Positions 50,438-63,710 of a stretch of 64,000 nucleotides of DNA are shown here, piece by piece (the first letter of the stretch is position 1; the number at the start of each line of letters is the position of its first letter). A program made the position numbers and the translations under genes. The stretch comes from Alphaproteobacteria bacterium (GTDB lineage Bacteria; Pseudomonadota; Alphaproteobacteria; UBA2966), in contig OZ219858.1 in assembly GCA_964291395.2 (NCBI GenBank), positions 256,001 through 320,000 on the forward strand. Direction: 5' to 3'. The notes beneath the pieces were generated by a model, which had not been told where the DNA came from, ran no database searches, and worked only from the letters and a program-made list of their open reading frames with translations.

Positions 50438-52672
50438 ATGGGGACAGCCCGCACCAGAAACGACGCCTCCGGCAACGCGGAAACAGTACGGGAATTCCGT
50501 GCCTTTCATGAAGGTGATCGGGTCAGCGTTCTGCTGCCCTTGCCGCTCGGCGGCGCGTACGACTATGTGGTACCTCCCGGCTTGAACTTGGGCGAAGGGG
50601 ACTTCATCACGGTTCCACTAGGTTCCAGAGAGGTGAACGGCGTGGTGTGGGGGCCGGGCGATTGGGACGTCGATGCCCGAAAGCTCCGCCAAGTGACGGG
50701 ACGTCATGACCTTCCCTCACTCTCGGCGGACGCCCGCGCGTTCATCGAGTGGGTCGCTGCTTACACACTGGCGCCCACGGGCGCCGTGCTCCGCATGGCC
50801 ATGAGTGTTCGATCTGTCTTCAAACCCACTGCTCCCCGCGTTGCCTACCGGCTTTCCGGGCCCCCTCCCGATCGGATGACCAAGGCCCGCCAGCGGGTCA
50901 TCGCCTTGCTAAAGGACGGCCCCCCGCGCACGCTTGCGGATATCTGCGAGGCCGCCGCTGTAGGTGCCTCGGTGGTGCGTAGCCTTGCGGACGGCACCAC
51001 GCTCAGGCGACTCATTTTGCTGGAGGACGCGGGATTCAAGACGCCCGACATCGCGCGGGCGGGGGTTCAACTCACGGGTGACCAAGCAGACGCGGTCGCC
51101 GCGTTGAATGAGCGTCTCGCCACCGACGAATTCAACGTCACGGTGATCGACGGTGTGCCGGGGTCCGGAAAGACGGAGGTCTATCTGGAGGGAATTGCAT
51201 CGACACTACGTCGCGGGCGCCAAGCCCTGGTCTTGCTTCCCGAGATCGCGCTGACGGCCCGCTGGTTGGAAAGGTTCGAGGCGCGGTTCGGCGTGCGGCC
51301 CGCGCATTGGCATTCGGAATTGACCCAGTCGAAGCGTCGTCGGACATGGCGCGCCGTGGCAAGCGGAGCGGCGCGCGTCGTCGTCGGCGCGCGGTCGGCA
51401 TTGTTCCTGCCCTTTCCCGAGCTTGGTTTCATCATCGTCGATGAGGAGCACGATCCATCCTACAAGCAGGAAGACGGCACTATCTACAATGCTCGGGATA
51501 TGGCGGTAGCCCGCGGACATTTGTCCAACTTTCCCGTGGCTCTGGTCTCGGCGACATCCTCTCTGGAGACAATCGTCAACATGGGGAACGGGCGCTACGG
51601 ATGCATCCATCTTCCTCAACGACATGGTACGGCCGGTCCGCCGCGCGTCGAGGCGGTCGACATGCGTGGCGTTGATCTGCCCGCCGGCTCGTGGCTGTCA
51701 CCGGAACTTGCCGCGGCGATACGCGAGACACTGACCGCGGAGGAACAGGTGATGCTGTTCTTGAACCGCCGCGGCTACGCTCCGCTGACGCTTTGTCGCA
51801 ACTGCGGGTTTCGCTTCAAATGTCCGAACTGCTCGGCTTGGTTGGTGGAGCATCGCCGCGTAGGAAGTCTGATGTGCCACCATTGCGGCCTGTCGCTCTG
51901 CTTTCCCGAGTCCTGTCCCGAATGCGGCGCGGACAACCGGTTCGCCGCGTGCGGACCCGGCATCGAGCGCTTGGCAGACGAAGTTCAGGTGCATTTTCCC
52001 GACGCGCGCCTCGAAATCGTCGCAAGCGACACCCTTGCAGGACCGAGGGCGATCCAGGAACTGATTGCACGAATCGAAGATCAAGAAGTCGATATCCTGA
52101 TCGGCACGCAGGTTCTCGCCAAAGGTCACCATTTTCCGATGCTGACGCTGGCGGGCGTCATCGATGCTGATCTCGGCCTCGACGGCGGAGACTTGCGCGC
52201 GGCGGAACGCACCTACCAACTGCTCTATCAGGTGGCTGGCCGCGCCGGCCGGGCTGAACGGCCGGGCCGCGTCCTTCTGCAGACCTATCTTCCCGATCAT
52301 CCGGTGATGGCCGCGCTTGTATCCGGAGATCGTCAAGCGTTCCTGGATCGTGAAAAGGAGGCGCGGCAGCGTGCGGGCATGCCGCCCTTTGGGCGTCTGG
52401 CATCATTGATTGTGTCCGGTCGTGACGAGCGTGCCGCTTCCGATGTCGCACGTCGCCTCGGCAGTGCGGCGCCACACGGTGAAGGCATCTCAGTCCTTGG
52501 TCCGGCTCCCGCACCGCTATCCGTGCTCCGGGGCATGTACCGATTTCGTTTGCTTCTCAAGGTAGCGCGCAACATCCCAGTTCAAAAACTTGTCCGCAGT
52601 TGGCTGGGCACGGTTTCCTGTCCATCCAATGTCCGCATTCAAGTCGACATCGACCCGTACTCGTTCCTATGA
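50438..52672 (+). CDS. priA: Primosomal protein N' (replication restart helicase)
   Basis: [27 protein letters not shown], four CxxC pairs, QVAGRAGR and VDIDPYSFL. Confidence 0.96.
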   Translation: MGTARTRNDASGNAETVREFRAFHEGDRVSVLLPLPLGGAYDYVVPPGLNLGEGDFITVPLGSREVNGVVWGPGDWDVDARKLRQVTGRHDLPSLSADARAFIEWVAAYTLAPTGAVLRMAMSVRSVFKPTAPRVAYRLSGPPPDRMTKARQRVIALLKDGPPRTLADICEAAAVGASVVRSLADGTTLRRLILLEDAGFKTPDIARAGVQLTGDQADAVAALNERLATDEFNVTVIDGVPGSGKTEVYLEGIASTLRRGRQALVLLPEIALTARWLERFEARFGVRPAHWHSELTQSKRRRTWRAVASGAARVVVGARSALFLPFPELGFIIVDEEHDPSYKQEDGTIYNARDMAVARGHLSNFPVALVSATSSLETIVNMGNGRYGCIHLPQRHGTAGPPRVEAVDMRGVDLPAGSWLSPELAAAIRETLTAEEQVMLFLNRRGYAPLTLCRNCGFRFKCPNCSAWLVEHRRVGSLMCHHCGLSLCFPESCPECGADNRFAACGPGIERLADEVQVHFPDARLEIVASDTLAGPRAIQELIARIEDQEVDILIGTQVLAKGHHFPMLTLAGVIDADLGLDGGDLRAAERTYQLLYQVAGRAGRAERPGRVLLQTYLPDHPVMAALVSGDRQAFLDREKEARQRAGMPPFGRLASLIVSGRDERAASDVARRLGSAAPHGEGISVLGPAPAPLSVLRGMYRFRLLLKVARNIPVQKLVRSWLGTVSCPSNVRIQVDIDPYSFL

Positions 52673-52869
52673 CTTCGGGCACTGTGATTTCGTCGGGGAC
52701 ACTGTTTTTGGGATCCCCGATACCAGTTGTGCGGCAGTTGCAAGGGCAATACCGGTGTGCTAGGAAACGCGCGCCTCGACGGCGGACTTTAGAGAATGTG
52801 CCGCTACGAAGAATGATCAATTAAATCAATAAATTAGCCCGCACAATCGGGCTTCACGGAAAGTCCGAA

Positions 52870-53430
52870 TTGGTCAGCCAAGCAAGCATCGTTTCCGGCA
52901 TTGCAGGGCGTTACGCATCAGCGCTTTTCGACCTTGCTCGTGAGGAGAGCGCGTTGGACGACGTCGCTGGCGATCTCGAAGCCGTCGACGCGATGATCGC
53001 CGGGAGCCCGGATCTGATTCGCCTCGTGCGTAGCCCTGTGATCTCTCGTGAGGATCAGGGCCGGGCCATCGGCGCGGTGCTGGAGGCCGCCGATGTCGCG
53101 GCCCTCGTGCGCCGGTTCGTCGGCCTCGTGGCGCGAAATCGACGCCTGTTCGCGCTCCGCGACATGGTCGCGGCCTACCGGATCTTGCTGTCTGATTACC
53201 GGGGCCAGACTACCGCTAAGGTCACGTCGGCGCGCCCGCTGACGGACGAGCAGATCGCGCGGATCACATCGAAACTCGCGGGCGGTGTTGATCAAAACGT
53301 ATCGCTGACCGCCGACGTTGATGAGAACTTACTGGGCGGTCTCGTCGTCCGCATCGGCTCGCGTATGGTCGACAGCTCCCTCAAGACCAAGCTTCAAAGA
53401 ATTCAGACCGCCATGAAAGAGGTTGGCTAA
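52870..53430 (+). CDS. atpH: ATP synthase F1 delta subunit
   Basis: [10 protein letters not shown] and [18 protein letters not shown]; first gene of the F1 operon. Confidence 0.96.
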   Translation: MVSQASIVSGIAGRYASALFDLAREESALDDVAGDLEAVDAMIAGSPDLIRLVRSPVISREDQGRAIGAVLEAADVAALVRRFVGLVARNRRLFALRDMVAAYRILLSDYRGQTTAKVTSARPLTDEQIARITSKLAGGVDQNVSLTADVDENLLGGLVVRIGSRMVDSSLKTKLQRIQTAMKEVG

Positions 53431-54959
53431 TGGATATTCGTGCCGCCGAGATCTCGTCGATTCTGAAATCACAAATAGAGAACTTCGGCGCCGAAGCCGA
53501 AGTCTCAGAGGTAGGGCAGGTCCTTTCCGTTGGTGACGGAATCGCGCGCGTTTACGGTCTCGATCAGGTCCAGGCCGGTGAGATGGTCGAATTTCCCGGA
53601 GGCATTCGGGGAATGGCGCTCAATCTTGAGAGCGACAATGTGGGTGTCGTCATCTTCGGCGAGGATCGCACCATCCGCGAAGGCGACACGGTCAAGCGTA
53701 CCGGAACCATCGTCGACGTACCAGTGGGGAAGAACCTGCTGGGTCGCGTGCTCGATGCGTTGGGCAATCCGATCGATGGCAAGGGTCCCGCAGAGGCGGC
53801 CGAACGCCGCCGTGTCGAGGTAAAGGCACCAGGCATCATCCCGCGCAAGTCGGTCCATGAACCGATGCAGACCGGCTTGAAGGCTCTCGACAGTCTGGTC
53901 CCCATTGGGCGCGGGCAGCGTGAACTCATCATTGGCGATCGCCAGACCGGAAAGACCGCGGTCGCCATCGACACCATCATCAATCAGAAGGCGATCAACG
54001 AGGGCGACGACGAATCTCGCAAGCTGTATTGCATCTACGTCGCGGTGGGCCAGAAACGTTCGACCGTTGCGCAGGTGGTAAAGGCCTTGGAGGACGCGGG
54101 CGCCATGGACTACACGACCGTGGTTGCGGCGACGGCGTCCGAGCCGGCACCGCTACAGTTCCTGGCGCCCTACACCGGCTGCACGATGGGTGAGTATTTT
54201 CGAGATAACGGTATGCACGCACTCATCATCTATGACGATCTCTCCAAGCAGGCGACGGCCTACCGGCAGATGTCACTCCTGCTGCGGCGCCCGCCCGGTC
54301 GCGAGGCGTTTCCGGGTGATGTGTTTTACCTGCATTCCCGCCTCCTGGAGCGCGCCGCAAAGCTGAACGACGACGAGGGGGCAGGATCGCTGACGGCTTT
54401 GCCCGTGATCGAGACACAGGCGAACGACGTGTCGGCCTACATTCCAACCAATGTCATCTCCATCACCGACGGACAGATCTTCCTTGAGACGGACCTGTTC
54501 TACCAGGGCATCCGCCCGGCCATTAACGTCGGGATCAGCGTGAGCCGAGTGGGATCAGCAGCCCAGATCAAGGCCATGAAGCAGGTTGCAGGCAGTATCA
54601 AGCTCGAACTGGCTCAATATCGTGAGATGGCGGCGTTTGCTCAGTTCGGATCGGACCTCGACGCTGCGACCCAGCGGCTGTTGAATCGGGGCGCGCGTCT
54701 CACGGAGTTGTTGAAACAGCCCCAGTATCAGCCTTTGCCGGTGGAAGAGCAGGTCGTTTCGATCTTCGCAGGCGTCAACGGTTACCTGGACGGCATTCCC
54801 GTCGAATCGGTAACGGACTTCGAGGAGAAGTTCCTGGCCGAGGTGCGGGCTCAGAATGGCGATATTTTGGACGCCGTCCGATCGGAACGGGAAATCTCCA
54901 ACGCTACCGAAGAAAAGTTGAGGAACATTCTGGCCGATTTCGCCCGGAAATATGCCTAG
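53430..54959 (+). CDS. atpA: ATP synthase F1 alpha subunit
   Basis: GDRQTGKT and [23 protein letters not shown]. Confidence 0.99.
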   Translation: MDIRAAEISSILKSQIENFGAEAEVSEVGQVLSVGDGIARVYGLDQVQAGEMVEFPGGIRGMALNLESDNVGVVIFGEDRTIREGDTVKRTGTIVDVPVGKNLLGRVLDALGNPIDGKGPAEAAERRRVEVKAPGIIPRKSVHEPMQTGLKALDSLVPIGRGQRELIIGDRQTGKTAVAIDTIINQKAINEGDDESRKLYCIYVAVGQKRSTVAQVVKALEDAGAMDYTTVVAATASEPAPLQFLAPYTGCTMGEYFRDNGMHALIIYDDLSKQATAYRQMSLLLRRPPGREAFPGDVFYLHSRLLERAAKLNDDEGAGSLTALPVIETQANDVSAYIPTNVISITDGQIFLETDLFYQGIRPAINVGISVSRVGSAAQIKAMKQVAGSIKLELAQYREMAAFAQFGSDLDAATQRLLNRGARLTELLKQPQYQPLPVEEQVVSIFAGVNGYLDGIPVESVTDFEEKFLAEVRAQNGDILDAVRSEREISNATEEKLRNILADFARKYA

Positions 54960-55004
54960 GCGTCCCGCGAGGCGATTCCGAACAATTCGATGGATTGATG
55001 GTTC

Positions 55005-55895
55005 ATGGCGAGCCTTAAGAACCTCCGGGTTCGGATCAATAGTGTCCGCTCCACACAGAAGATTACCCGAGCCATGCAAATGGTCGCGGCCTCCAAGTTG
55101 CGCCGCGCGCAGGAGCAGGCGGAGGCGGGCCGGCCATACGCCAATCACATGCGGCGCATGATGGTGTCGCTGACTGCCGCGTTGACGAATCCCGATGATG
55201 CACCCGTTCTCATGGTCGGCCGCGGAGAAGCGAAGACACACTTTTTAGTGGTGGCGTCGTCCGAGCGAGGATTGTGCGGCAGCTTCAATACCAACATCGT
55301 GCGGCGCGCCCGTCAGCGAGCCACAGCGCTCCTCCAGTCCGGCAACAAGGTCAAGATTCTCTGTATCGGCAAGAAGGGCCGCGACATGCTGCGCCGCGAC
55401 CTCGGCGACCACATCGTCGATACCATCGACATGTCGGGCGTGCGGCGGCTGAGCTTTGGAGATGCAGCGCCGATCGCGCGGCGCATCACCGAGATGTTCG
55501 AGGCCGAAGAGTTCGACGTGTGCACATTGTTCTACAGCCACTTCAAGTCGGTGCTCTCCCAGGAGGTGACGGAGCATCAGTTGATACCGGTCGGCATGCC
55601 CGAGGCATCGCAAGAAGATGCCCGCGTGGAAGGCACGGATGCGATGTACGAATACGAGCCCGAAGAGGATGAAATCCTCGAAGATCTGCTGCCGCGCAAC
55701 GTGGCGGTCCAGATTTACCATGCCTTGCTGGAGAACGCCGCAAGTGAACAAGGCGCGCGGATGACGGCCATGGATAATGCCACACGCAATGCGGGTGAGA
55801 TGATTGACAGGCTGACCCTTGTTTACAATCGCACCCGCCAAGCGATGATCACGAAGGAACTCATTGAGATTATTTCGGGGGCGGAGGCCCTTTGA
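55005..55895 (+). CDS. atpG: ATP synthase F1 gamma subunit
   Basis: [18 protein letters not shown] and [19 protein letters not shown]. Confidence 0.98.
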   Translation: MASLKNLRVRINSVRSTQKITRAMQMVAASKLRRAQEQAEAGRPYANHMRRMMVSLTAALTNPDDAPVLMVGRGEAKTHFLVVASSERGLCGSFNTNIVRRARQRATALLQSGNKVKILCIGKKGRDMLRRDLGDHIVDTIDMSGVRRLSFGDAAPIARRITEMFEAEEFDVCTLFYSHFKSVLSQEVTEHQLIPVGMPEASQEDARVEGTDAMYEYEPEEDEILEDLLPRNVAVQIYHALLENAASEQGARMTAMDNATRNAGEMIDRLTLVYNRTRQAMITKELIEIISGAEAL

Positions 55896-55927
55896 GTGGT
55901 AGGGCAACCCGCGTCTCCACTCGGTAG

Positions 55928-57376
<1,449 letters not shown>

Positions 57377-57393
57377 GACTTGGGATCGCGCAC

Positions 57394-57795
57394 ATGACTG
57401 AAAAGCTCGAACTCGAACTCGTTTCGCCCGAGCGGCTCCTCGTTTCGGCCGAGGCCGATATGGTCGTCGTTCCGGGCAGCGAAGGCGATTTCGGCGTGCT
57501 GTCGGGCCACGCGCCGGTGATTTCGTCGGTTCGGCCGGGTGTCATCGAGGTGCACGACGAGGACAAGGAAACGGAGCGCATTTTCATAACGGGCGGTTTC
57601 GCCGAGGTGACGGCCGAAGGCCTTACGGTATTGGCGGAGGAAGCCATTCCCGTAGCCGAGATGGACCGCGAGGACCTCGAACAACGCCTGAGAAATGCCG
57701 AGGAAGACCTCGAAGATGCGGAGACGGACGAGGCGACGCACAGGGCGCAGGCCACAATCGTGCTGTTGACGGAGATGCTAAAAGCCGTGGCCTAA
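57394..57795 (+). CDS. atpC: ATP synthase F1 epsilon subunit
   Basis: LVSPER, PGSEGDFGVLSGHAP and GGFAEV. Confidence 0.97.
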   Translation: MTEKLELELVSPERLLVSAEADMVVVPGSEGDFGVLSGHAPVISSVRPGVIEVHDEDKETERIFITGGFAEVTAEGLTVLAEEAIPVAEMDREDLEQRLRNAEEDLEDAETDEATHRAQATIVLLTEMLKAVA

Positions 57796-57802
57796 CCGGC
57801 TG

Positions 57803-58294
57803 TTAGGTCGATCCATCCCGCCGGAGCTGACCCAGGGCACCCGAGAACTCCGCAAGGACATCCTCGTAGACGCTTCGTTTGAACTCCACGATCAGGGTGA
57901 GGAGCTCCTCGGGCTCAATCCATTTCCACTCGTCGAATTCAGCGTTGTGCGCATCAAGCATGATGTCGTCATCGGAACCGGTAAATTTGAACAAGAACCA
58001 TTTCTGACGCTGGCCTCTATAGCGGCACTTCCAGGCTTTCTTCTTCAAGTCGGCGGGAAAGTCGTAAGTCAGCCAACAGTCACTCTCTGCGACGATCTCC
58101 ACCTTGTTCGTGCCAACTTCTTCCTCAAGCTCGCGTCGGGCCGCCGACGTTGGCGTTTCTCCCTTGTCGATGCCGCCCTGCGGCATTTGCCAGGCGGGCG
58201 GATCGATGTCGCTTCGACGGGCGACCAGAACTCGCCCCTCTGGGTTCACCAGCATCATGCCGACGCCGGTCCTGTAGGAGAGATCGTCCGTCAT
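57803..58294 (-). CDS. rppH: RNA pyrophosphohydrolase RppH
   Basis: YRTGVG, WQMPQGGID...AARRELEEEVG, RGQRQKWF and EFDEWKW. Confidence 0.93.
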   Translation of the reverse strand: MTDDLSYRTGVGMMLVNPEGRVLVARRSDIDPPAWQMPQGGIDKGETPTSAARRELEEEVGTNKVEIVAESDCWLTYDFPADLKKKAWKCRYRGQRQKWFLFKFTGSDDDIMLDAHNAEFDEWKWIEPEELLTLIVEFKRSVYEDVLAEFSGALGQLRRDGST

Positions 58295-58302
58295 GTTGGT
58301 TG

Positions 58303-59523
58303 TCACTCCTGCGAAACCTCCTTCACGACCGCCGAGAGCGGCGCCAGCGCGTAGCGCTTCTTTCCAAGGGCCCTGGCCCATCGAGAGACGCGCTCGATGG
58401 TGACAGGGTAGGGAAACCCGACTCCAACGGCCTTCCCGGCCGACTTCGCGATACGCTCGAGCTCAAACAAACGCGCGTCGATCGCCATTCGCGAAGCTTG
58501 CAGATCGATAAACCTGTCACTGGTGACGCTGGGCAGCTCAAGTTCGTTGGCGAGATCCGACGCGACGCCGTTTCGGGAGGCCTTGCTGTCCAGATACAGG
58601 AGACCACGGTCGTTGAGTTCGGTAAGGATGGGCTCCATGGCCTCGGCCGACGTTGTGAACTTTGCTCCTATAAAACTCGTCACGCCGACGTAGCCAGTGA
58701 ACCTGTCGAGCAGCCAGCCGAGGCGTACCAAGTTTTCCTCCGAGTCGAGCGTGGTCAGCAAAGTGTGCGGACCAGGGTCTCTGTCGGGGTAGTCGAACGG
58801 TTCCATGGGCAGTTCCAGGAGCACCTCGTGTCCCGCGGCGCGGGCCTGGGCGATCCAATCCTCCAGGTTGTGGGCATAAGGAACGAAGGCCAACGTCACG
58901 GCACCCGGCAACTGCTGGATCGCGGCCTCGGTTGCGGCCTGGCTCAAACCCAGTCCAGCGATCACGAGAGCAACTCTGGGGATCCCGGGATCGGTGATCT
59001 CGAAGGGCCTCGCATGGACCTGCCAAGCCACATGTCCACCGGGTACGATGACGGGTAAGGGACCCTCCGGCTCGTTCGAAACCGGGTCGGGTTGGGATGT
59101 CGGCGCAAGCGTGACCTCTCTCACTTCCGGCAAGGGAAGCAATGGGGAGACCGGCTCTGCCGGCTCTTCGGACGCCTCGGCCGACTCGGACCCGTCGGGC
59201 ACCCGCTCGGTGGTCCTGGGAACCTCCGCGGTTCGCTCCTCGGGCTGCGCGATCTCTTTTTCCTCGTCGAAGAAATCTCTGTCTTCGAAGTCCTCTTCGG
59301 CTTCAGGAATTTTGAGAGCGGGTGATATGTCGACGACCACGACCGGAGGCTTCCTCGCGGTTTCGTACGCTTGTTGATCGAAGAACAGCCAAGCCCAACC
59401 GACGAGGCCAAAAAAAATGCCGAACAACGCCACCCCGACGATCAACGGCACGTTGAGCCGACGTTCGGCGTCCTTCCGGTCGCAGCGGTTTCGTCTCGAA
59501 CGTGAACGGGCTCGACGCGCCAC
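58303..59523 (-). CDS. Divergent polysaccharide deacetylase family protein (YibQ-like), membrane anchored
   Basis: N-terminal TM and acidic linker, then VTLAFVPY, GHEVLLELPMEP and LLYLDS. Follows ctpA. Confidence 0.9.
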   Translation of the reverse strand: MARRARSRSRRNRCDRKDAERRLNVPLIVGVALFGIFFGLVGWAWLFFDQQAYETARKPPVVVVDISPALKIPEAEEDFEDRDFFDEEKEIAQPEERTAEVPRTTERVPDGSESAEASEEPAEPVSPLLPLPEVREVTLAPTSQPDPVSNEPEGPLPVIVPGGHVAWQVHARPFEITDPGIPRVALVIAGLGLSQAATEAAIQQLPGAVTLAFVPYAHNLEDWIAQARAAGHEVLLELPMEPFDYPDRDPGPHTLLTTLDSEENLVRLGWLLDRFTGYVGVTSFIGAKFTTSAEAMEPILTELNDRGLLYLDSKASRNGVASDLANELELPSVTSDRFIDLQASRMAIDARLFELERIAKSAGKAVGVGFPYPVTIERVSRWARALGKKRYALAPLSAVVKEVSQE

Positions 59524-59564
59524 CGCCTGGCCTGCCCCGTCTCGGCGGCTCCCGAGACGCGCTC

Positions 59565-60833
59565 CTAATTGGTCCGTCGTCCGTAGAGCGTGATACCTCG
59601 CAAGAGGTCGAGCGCGCGCGCGAGCTGATAGTCCTCCGTCGCCGGTGTGCCCGAACTCGTCCCCGCATCTGGTTTGTCATCGCCGTTGTCTTCGGACACC
59701 AGTGCATTACGGAGCGACGCTTCGCTTCGTTGCGGTCGCGATTCGATGGGTTCTACACGAGATTGTACGATCTCGATGTCGGGTTCGATGCCGGTGGCCT
59801 GAATCGATCGCCCGGACGGCGTGTAGTAGCGTGACGTGGTCAGTCGCATGGCACCATGACCGGCCAGAGGAATGACGGTCTGGACCGACCCCTTGCCGAA
59901 CGACTTGGTTCCCAGCACCAGTGCGCGCCGGTGATCCTGCAGGGCACCCGCCACGATCTCCGACGCCGACGCGGAGCCTCCGTTGATGAGCACGACGACG
60001 GGCTTGCCTTCCGACATGTCGCCATTGCGCGCCGAAAAGCGTTGAACGTCGTCGGCACTGCGCCCGCGGGTGGATACGATCTCGCCCCGGTCGAGGAAGG
60101 CATCAGCCACCGCAACGGCCTGTTCCAGAAGACCGCCGGGATTGTTGCGCAGGTCGAGCACCACGCCGCGCATGTTGTCGCCAAGCTTCTTCTTCAGGGA
60201 TGCCATCGCCCTCTTCAATCCCGTTTCGGTCTGCTCATTGAAGGAGGTGATGCGAACGTAGGCGGCATCCCCTTCGATTCGGGAGCGTACAGATTGAATC
60301 TTGATGATGGCGCGGGTGATCGAAATGTCGAAGGGTCGCTCTTGACCGGGTCTCGAAATCGTGAGGGCAATGCTCGTGTCGACTGGGCCCCGCATCCTCT
60401 CGACAGCTTCGGTAAGTGTCAGCCCCAGGACCTGTTGGCCGTCGATCCGGGTAATGAAATCACCCGCCTTGACCCCAGCTCGGTAGGCAGGCGTATCGTC
60501 AATCGGAGAAACGACCTTCACCACGCCGTTCTCCATGGTCACCTCGATTCCCAGACCGCCGAATTCGCCTTTGGTCTGCACCTGCATGTCCCGATAGCTC
60601 TTGGCGTTCAGATAGCTCGAGTGGGGATCCAGCGAGGTCAGCATGCCGTTGATCGCCTTCTCGATAAGGGTCTCGTCCGTGACCTCTTCGACATAGTCCG
60701 AGCGAACACGCTCGAAAACGTCTCCAAAGAGCTGCAACTGGCGGTAGGTGTCCGAGCTGCCCGATTGGGCCACTGCCGGCACCGCAGAACATGTCAGCCC
60801 CATCAGGACGAGATACAACGCTGAACGCTTCAT
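59565..60833 (-). CDS. ctpA: S41 carboxyl-terminal processing protease
   Basis: Signal peptide, LDPHSSY, PDZ GGLG, DLRNNPGG, catalytic SASASE and FGKG. Confidence 0.95.
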   Translation of the reverse strand: MKRSALYLVLMGLTCSAVPAVAQSGSSDTYRQLQLFGDVFERVRSDYVEEVTDETLIEKAINGMLTSLDPHSSYLNAKSYRDMQVQTKGEFGGLGIEVTMENGVVKVVSPIDDTPAYRAGVKAGDFITRIDGQQVLGLTLTEAVERMRGPVDTSIALTISRPGQERPFDISITRAIIKIQSVRSRIEGDAAYVRITSFNEQTETGLKRAMASLKKKLGDNMRGVVLDLRNNPGGLLEQAVAVADAFLDRGEIVSTRGRSADDVQRFSARNGDMSEGKPVVVLINGGSASASEIVAGALQDHRRALVLGTKSFGKGSVQTVIPLAGHGAMRLTTSRYYTPSGRSIQATGIEPDIEIVQSRVEPIESRPQRSEASLRNALVSEDNGDDKPDAGTSSGTPATEDYQLARALDLLRGITLYGRRTN

Positions 60834-62026
60834 CCGCTCACCTTTCTCTCGCCGGCCGCTAACCAGGGAAGCGGGTTAATCGGCACGCCGTTTCGTCGCA
60901 ATTCCAGGTATAGGACAGGGGCGGTGCCATCGTTCTCGCCCATCCGCCCTATGGGCTCTCCAGCCAGCAGCCACTGACCCACAACACCATCAATGCGGGA
61001 CATCCCGGCTATTAGCGAATGATATCCCTCGCCGTGAGAGATGATCAAGAGTTGGCCATAACTGCGGAAAGGCCCAGCGAACAGCAAGCGGCCATCGTAA
61101 GGCGCAACCACTTGCGCCAACGCCCGGGTGGCGACGCTCAGGCCACGATTGCGGGTCCCAAAATGATTCCGGTCGCCAAATCGCGTCATCAGTCGCCCGC
61201 GCACCGGCAGGGGAAGTATACCGTGCGCACTGGTGAAAGGCTTGCCGACTCCCGGAATGAGAGGCGTGCCGGGAGACTCCTGGGCCAAGCGCTCCTCCTC
61301 CTTCTGCAGTTCCCGCAACAACGCGCGCAAGTTCTTGGCTTCCTTCGCCAGGCGGGCAATCCGCTCCTTGGACCGATCCCGTTTGCCGAGGGTCTGCTTG
61401 TGGAGCCGAGATGTTTGCGTCAGCAGCCGATCGAGGGCCTGGCGTTCGCGCAGCAGAGACTCGGACGTAGAGGCCAATGCCGCTCGTTCGTCCGTGATAC
61501 TGCGCCGAAGCGCTCGGAGCGCGGCCAACTCCACCCGCAGTCCGTCCGTCCGGGACTGTAGCTCGGGGATCACGTTGGTCAGCACTATCGCACCTCGGAC
61601 CGCATTGACGGGGTCCATCGAAGCCGAGATGAGGGTTTCGGGTGGATGGCGTCCCAACTGTGCCAAGCCCCCGATGACGGAGGAAAGCTGTCCATGCCGT
61701 TCCTGAAGGTCGCGCGCCTTTGCGCGCTCTTCGGCGCTCAACGCCTTCAGTTCGACCTCGATCTCGGAGACACGTTCTTCATAGGTTTGAACCGACACGG
61801 CCGTATCGATCAAGTCTCCGCGTATCGACTTGAGACCCTGATTCAGGCGATCGACTTTCGATTCAAGGCTTTGTTCCTGCCGGCGGCTCGACTCGATCTC
61901 CCGCTCGATCTGCCGAAGCTTTTGTTCCGCCGACCGGGCGTTGACCGGACCGGGGTCGAGACACGGCGCGACGTACGCGGCCAAGCCGAAGAGAAGTGCG
62001 GAATATCGGCGGTTAAGCCGAGGCAC
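60830..62026 (-). CDS. envC: Murein hydrolase activator EnvC family (coiled coil plus degenerate M23)
   Basis: Long coiled coil followed by LPLPVRG, YGQLLIISHG and LYLELRRNGVPINPLPWL. Start estimated at GTG 62026. Confidence 0.88.
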   Translation of the reverse strand: MPRLNRRYSALLFGLAAYVAPCLDPGPVNARSAEQKLRQIEREIESSRRQEQSLESKVDRLNQGLKSIRGDLIDTAVSVQTYEERVSEIEVELKALSAEERAKARDLQERHGQLSSVIGGLAQLGRHPPETLISASMDPVNAVRGAIVLTNVIPELQSRTDGLRVELAALRALRRSITDERAALASTSESLLRERQALDRLLTQTSRLHKQTLGKRDRSKERIARLAKEAKNLRALLRELQKEEERLAQESPGTPLIPGVGKPFTSAHGILPLPVRGRLMTRFGDRNHFGTRNRGLSVATRALAQVVAPYDGRLLFAGPFRSYGQLLIISHGEGYHSLIAGMSRIDGVVGQWLLAGEPIGRMGENDGTAPVLYLELRRNGVPINPLPWLAAGERKVSG

Positions 62027-63614
62027 GGCTCTGCGCCAGGCCGTGATCGAATTCCGAAGCCCCGGTGAGAACAAGGAGAGAAGTTCCCGAGACGTCGTCG
62101 GGCATCGAGAGGCCCATGAGTTCCAACAGCGTCGGGGCGATGTCGGCGAGTCGTCCGCCGCGTAGGCTACCGACGTCGCTCGGTGCATTCACCAGGATCG
62201 CCGGAACCTTGTCCATGGTATGCGCCGTGTGGGGCTGTCCTGTGTTCCGATCGGCCATGCGCTCGGCGTTGCCATGATCCGCCGTGATCAAGAGGGAACC
62301 GCCGGCCTGTTTCACGGCATCCGCGAGCCTGCCCAGACACACATCCACGGCTTCTGCCGCTTTCACCGCGGCATCAAAGTTTCCTGTGTGACCGACCATG
62401 TCTCCATTCGCGTAATTCACGAGAATGAAATCGAACTCCCCGCCAGCGATGGCTTCCACCAGCTTGTTCGTGACCTCGTAGGCCGACATTTCGGGCTTGA
62501 GATCGTAGGTGGCCACGTTGGGGGATGCTACCAGAATTCGCTCCTCGCCGGCGAAGGCCTGTTCTTCTCCTCCATTGAAGAAAAACGTGACGTGCGCATA
62601 CTTCTCCGTCTCGGCAATGCGCAGCTGTTTCAAGCCGGCCCGGGACACGACCTCTCCCATGGTGTCCCGCAGGTGGACGGGCGGAAACAGCGCGGGCAGA
62701 AACGAGTCGAGTCCCGTGGAGTACCCGACCATGCCGACGGCTGCCGTGAACCGGACGACCCGCTCCCGCTCGAACGATGTGAACGCGGGATCGAGCAGTG
62801 CCGTCAGAATCTCACGAGCGCGGTCGGCGCGGAAATTGACCATCAGAAGGCCGTCGCCGTCGCGCATGCCCGCATATTCCGCGATGATCCGTGGCTTGAC
62901 GAACTCGTCCGTCTCACCGGCGGCATATGCGGACTCGATGGCTGATGGCACGTCCACGGCACGCTCTCCGATCCCATCGACCAGTGCGTTGTAGGCGATC
63001 TCGACCCGCTCCCAACGCTTGTCCCGGTCCATGGCGTAGTAGCGTCCGCACAGGGACGCGACACGAACTCCCCCGATACCGTCAACGGACTCCATGAAGC
63101 AGGCCAGATGCGTGTCTGCGCTCTTCGGAGGGGTGTCCCTCCCGTCCAACAGTGCGTGAACCGCGACGGGAGTGCCAGCCGACGCGATGAGCTCAGCGAG
63201 AGCCGTGATGTGGTCCTGATGTGAATGAACGCCGCCAGGCGACATTAGGCCCAACAAATGGCAAATGCCGCCACTCTCCTTCAGCGCATCGATAAGGTCC
63301 TGAAGGACGCTGTTGTCGGCGAGGGTGCCTCTACGCAGTGCATCGTCGATGCGCGGCAGATCCTGAAGGACTACGCGGCCGGCACCGATGTTCATATGTC
63401 CCACTTCCGAGTTGCCCATCTGTCCGTCGGGTAGTCCGACGTGGGCTTCTGAGGCGTCCAGCAGACTCCAGGGGCATTCGGCCAGCAGGCGGTCATAGTT
63501 GGGCGTTGGCGCCTGAGCGATCGCGTTGTCTTCTCCCGCCTCTCGGTAGCCCCAGCCATCCAGGACGCAGAGGACGACGGGGCGCGGCCTGTCGATGTGA
63601 TGCATAGGGATCAT
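62013..63614 (-). CDS. gpmI: 2,3-bisphosphoglycerate-independent phosphoglycerate mutase
   Basis: LDGWG, MGNSEVGH, AETEKYAHVTFF, DMVGHTG and TADHGNAE. Start is 63614 or 63605. Confidence 0.97.
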   Translation of the reverse strand: MIPMHHIDRPRPVVLCVLDGWGYREAGEDNAIAQAPTPNYDRLLAECPWSLLDASEAHVGLPDGQMGNSEVGHMNIGAGRVVLQDLPRIDDALRRGTLADNSVLQDLIDALKESGGICHLLGLMSPGGVHSHQDHITALAELIASAGTPVAVHALLDGRDTPPKSADTHLACFMESVDGIGGVRVASLCGRYYAMDRDKRWERVEIAYNALVDGIGERAVDVPSAIESAYAAGETDEFVKPRIIAEYAGMRDGDGLLMVNFRADRAREILTALLDPAFTSFERERVVRFTAAVGMVGYSTGLDSFLPALFPPVHLRDTMGEVVSRAGLKQLRIAETEKYAHVTFFFNGGEEQAFAGEERILVASPNVATYDLKPEMSAYEVTNKLVEAIAGGEFDFILVNYANGDMVGHTGNFDAAVKAAEAVDVCLGRLADAVKQAGGSLLITADHGNAERMADRNTGQPHTAHTMDKVPAILVNAPSDVGSLRGGRLADIAPTLLELMGLSMPDDVSGTSLLVLTGASEFDHGLAQSRASA

Positions 63615-63710
63615 TTTATCACACTCGGATGGTCCCGCCTTTCGTTCCCGTCGCATGTCGGGCCCGAGTCCCTTCATCAGCGGCATCGTATCCCGCTAAC
63701 GGAAAGGGCG

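Noticed and set aside
59410-59417. A8 homopolymer in the divergent deacetylase gene as a phase-variation tract
   Set aside because: The tract is short, the gene is in frame, and it simply encodes Ile-Phe-Phe in a TM segment.
60830-61200. M23 domain lacking a complete Zn-binding motif
   Set aside because: Normal for EnvC, which is a catalytically inactive amidase activator.
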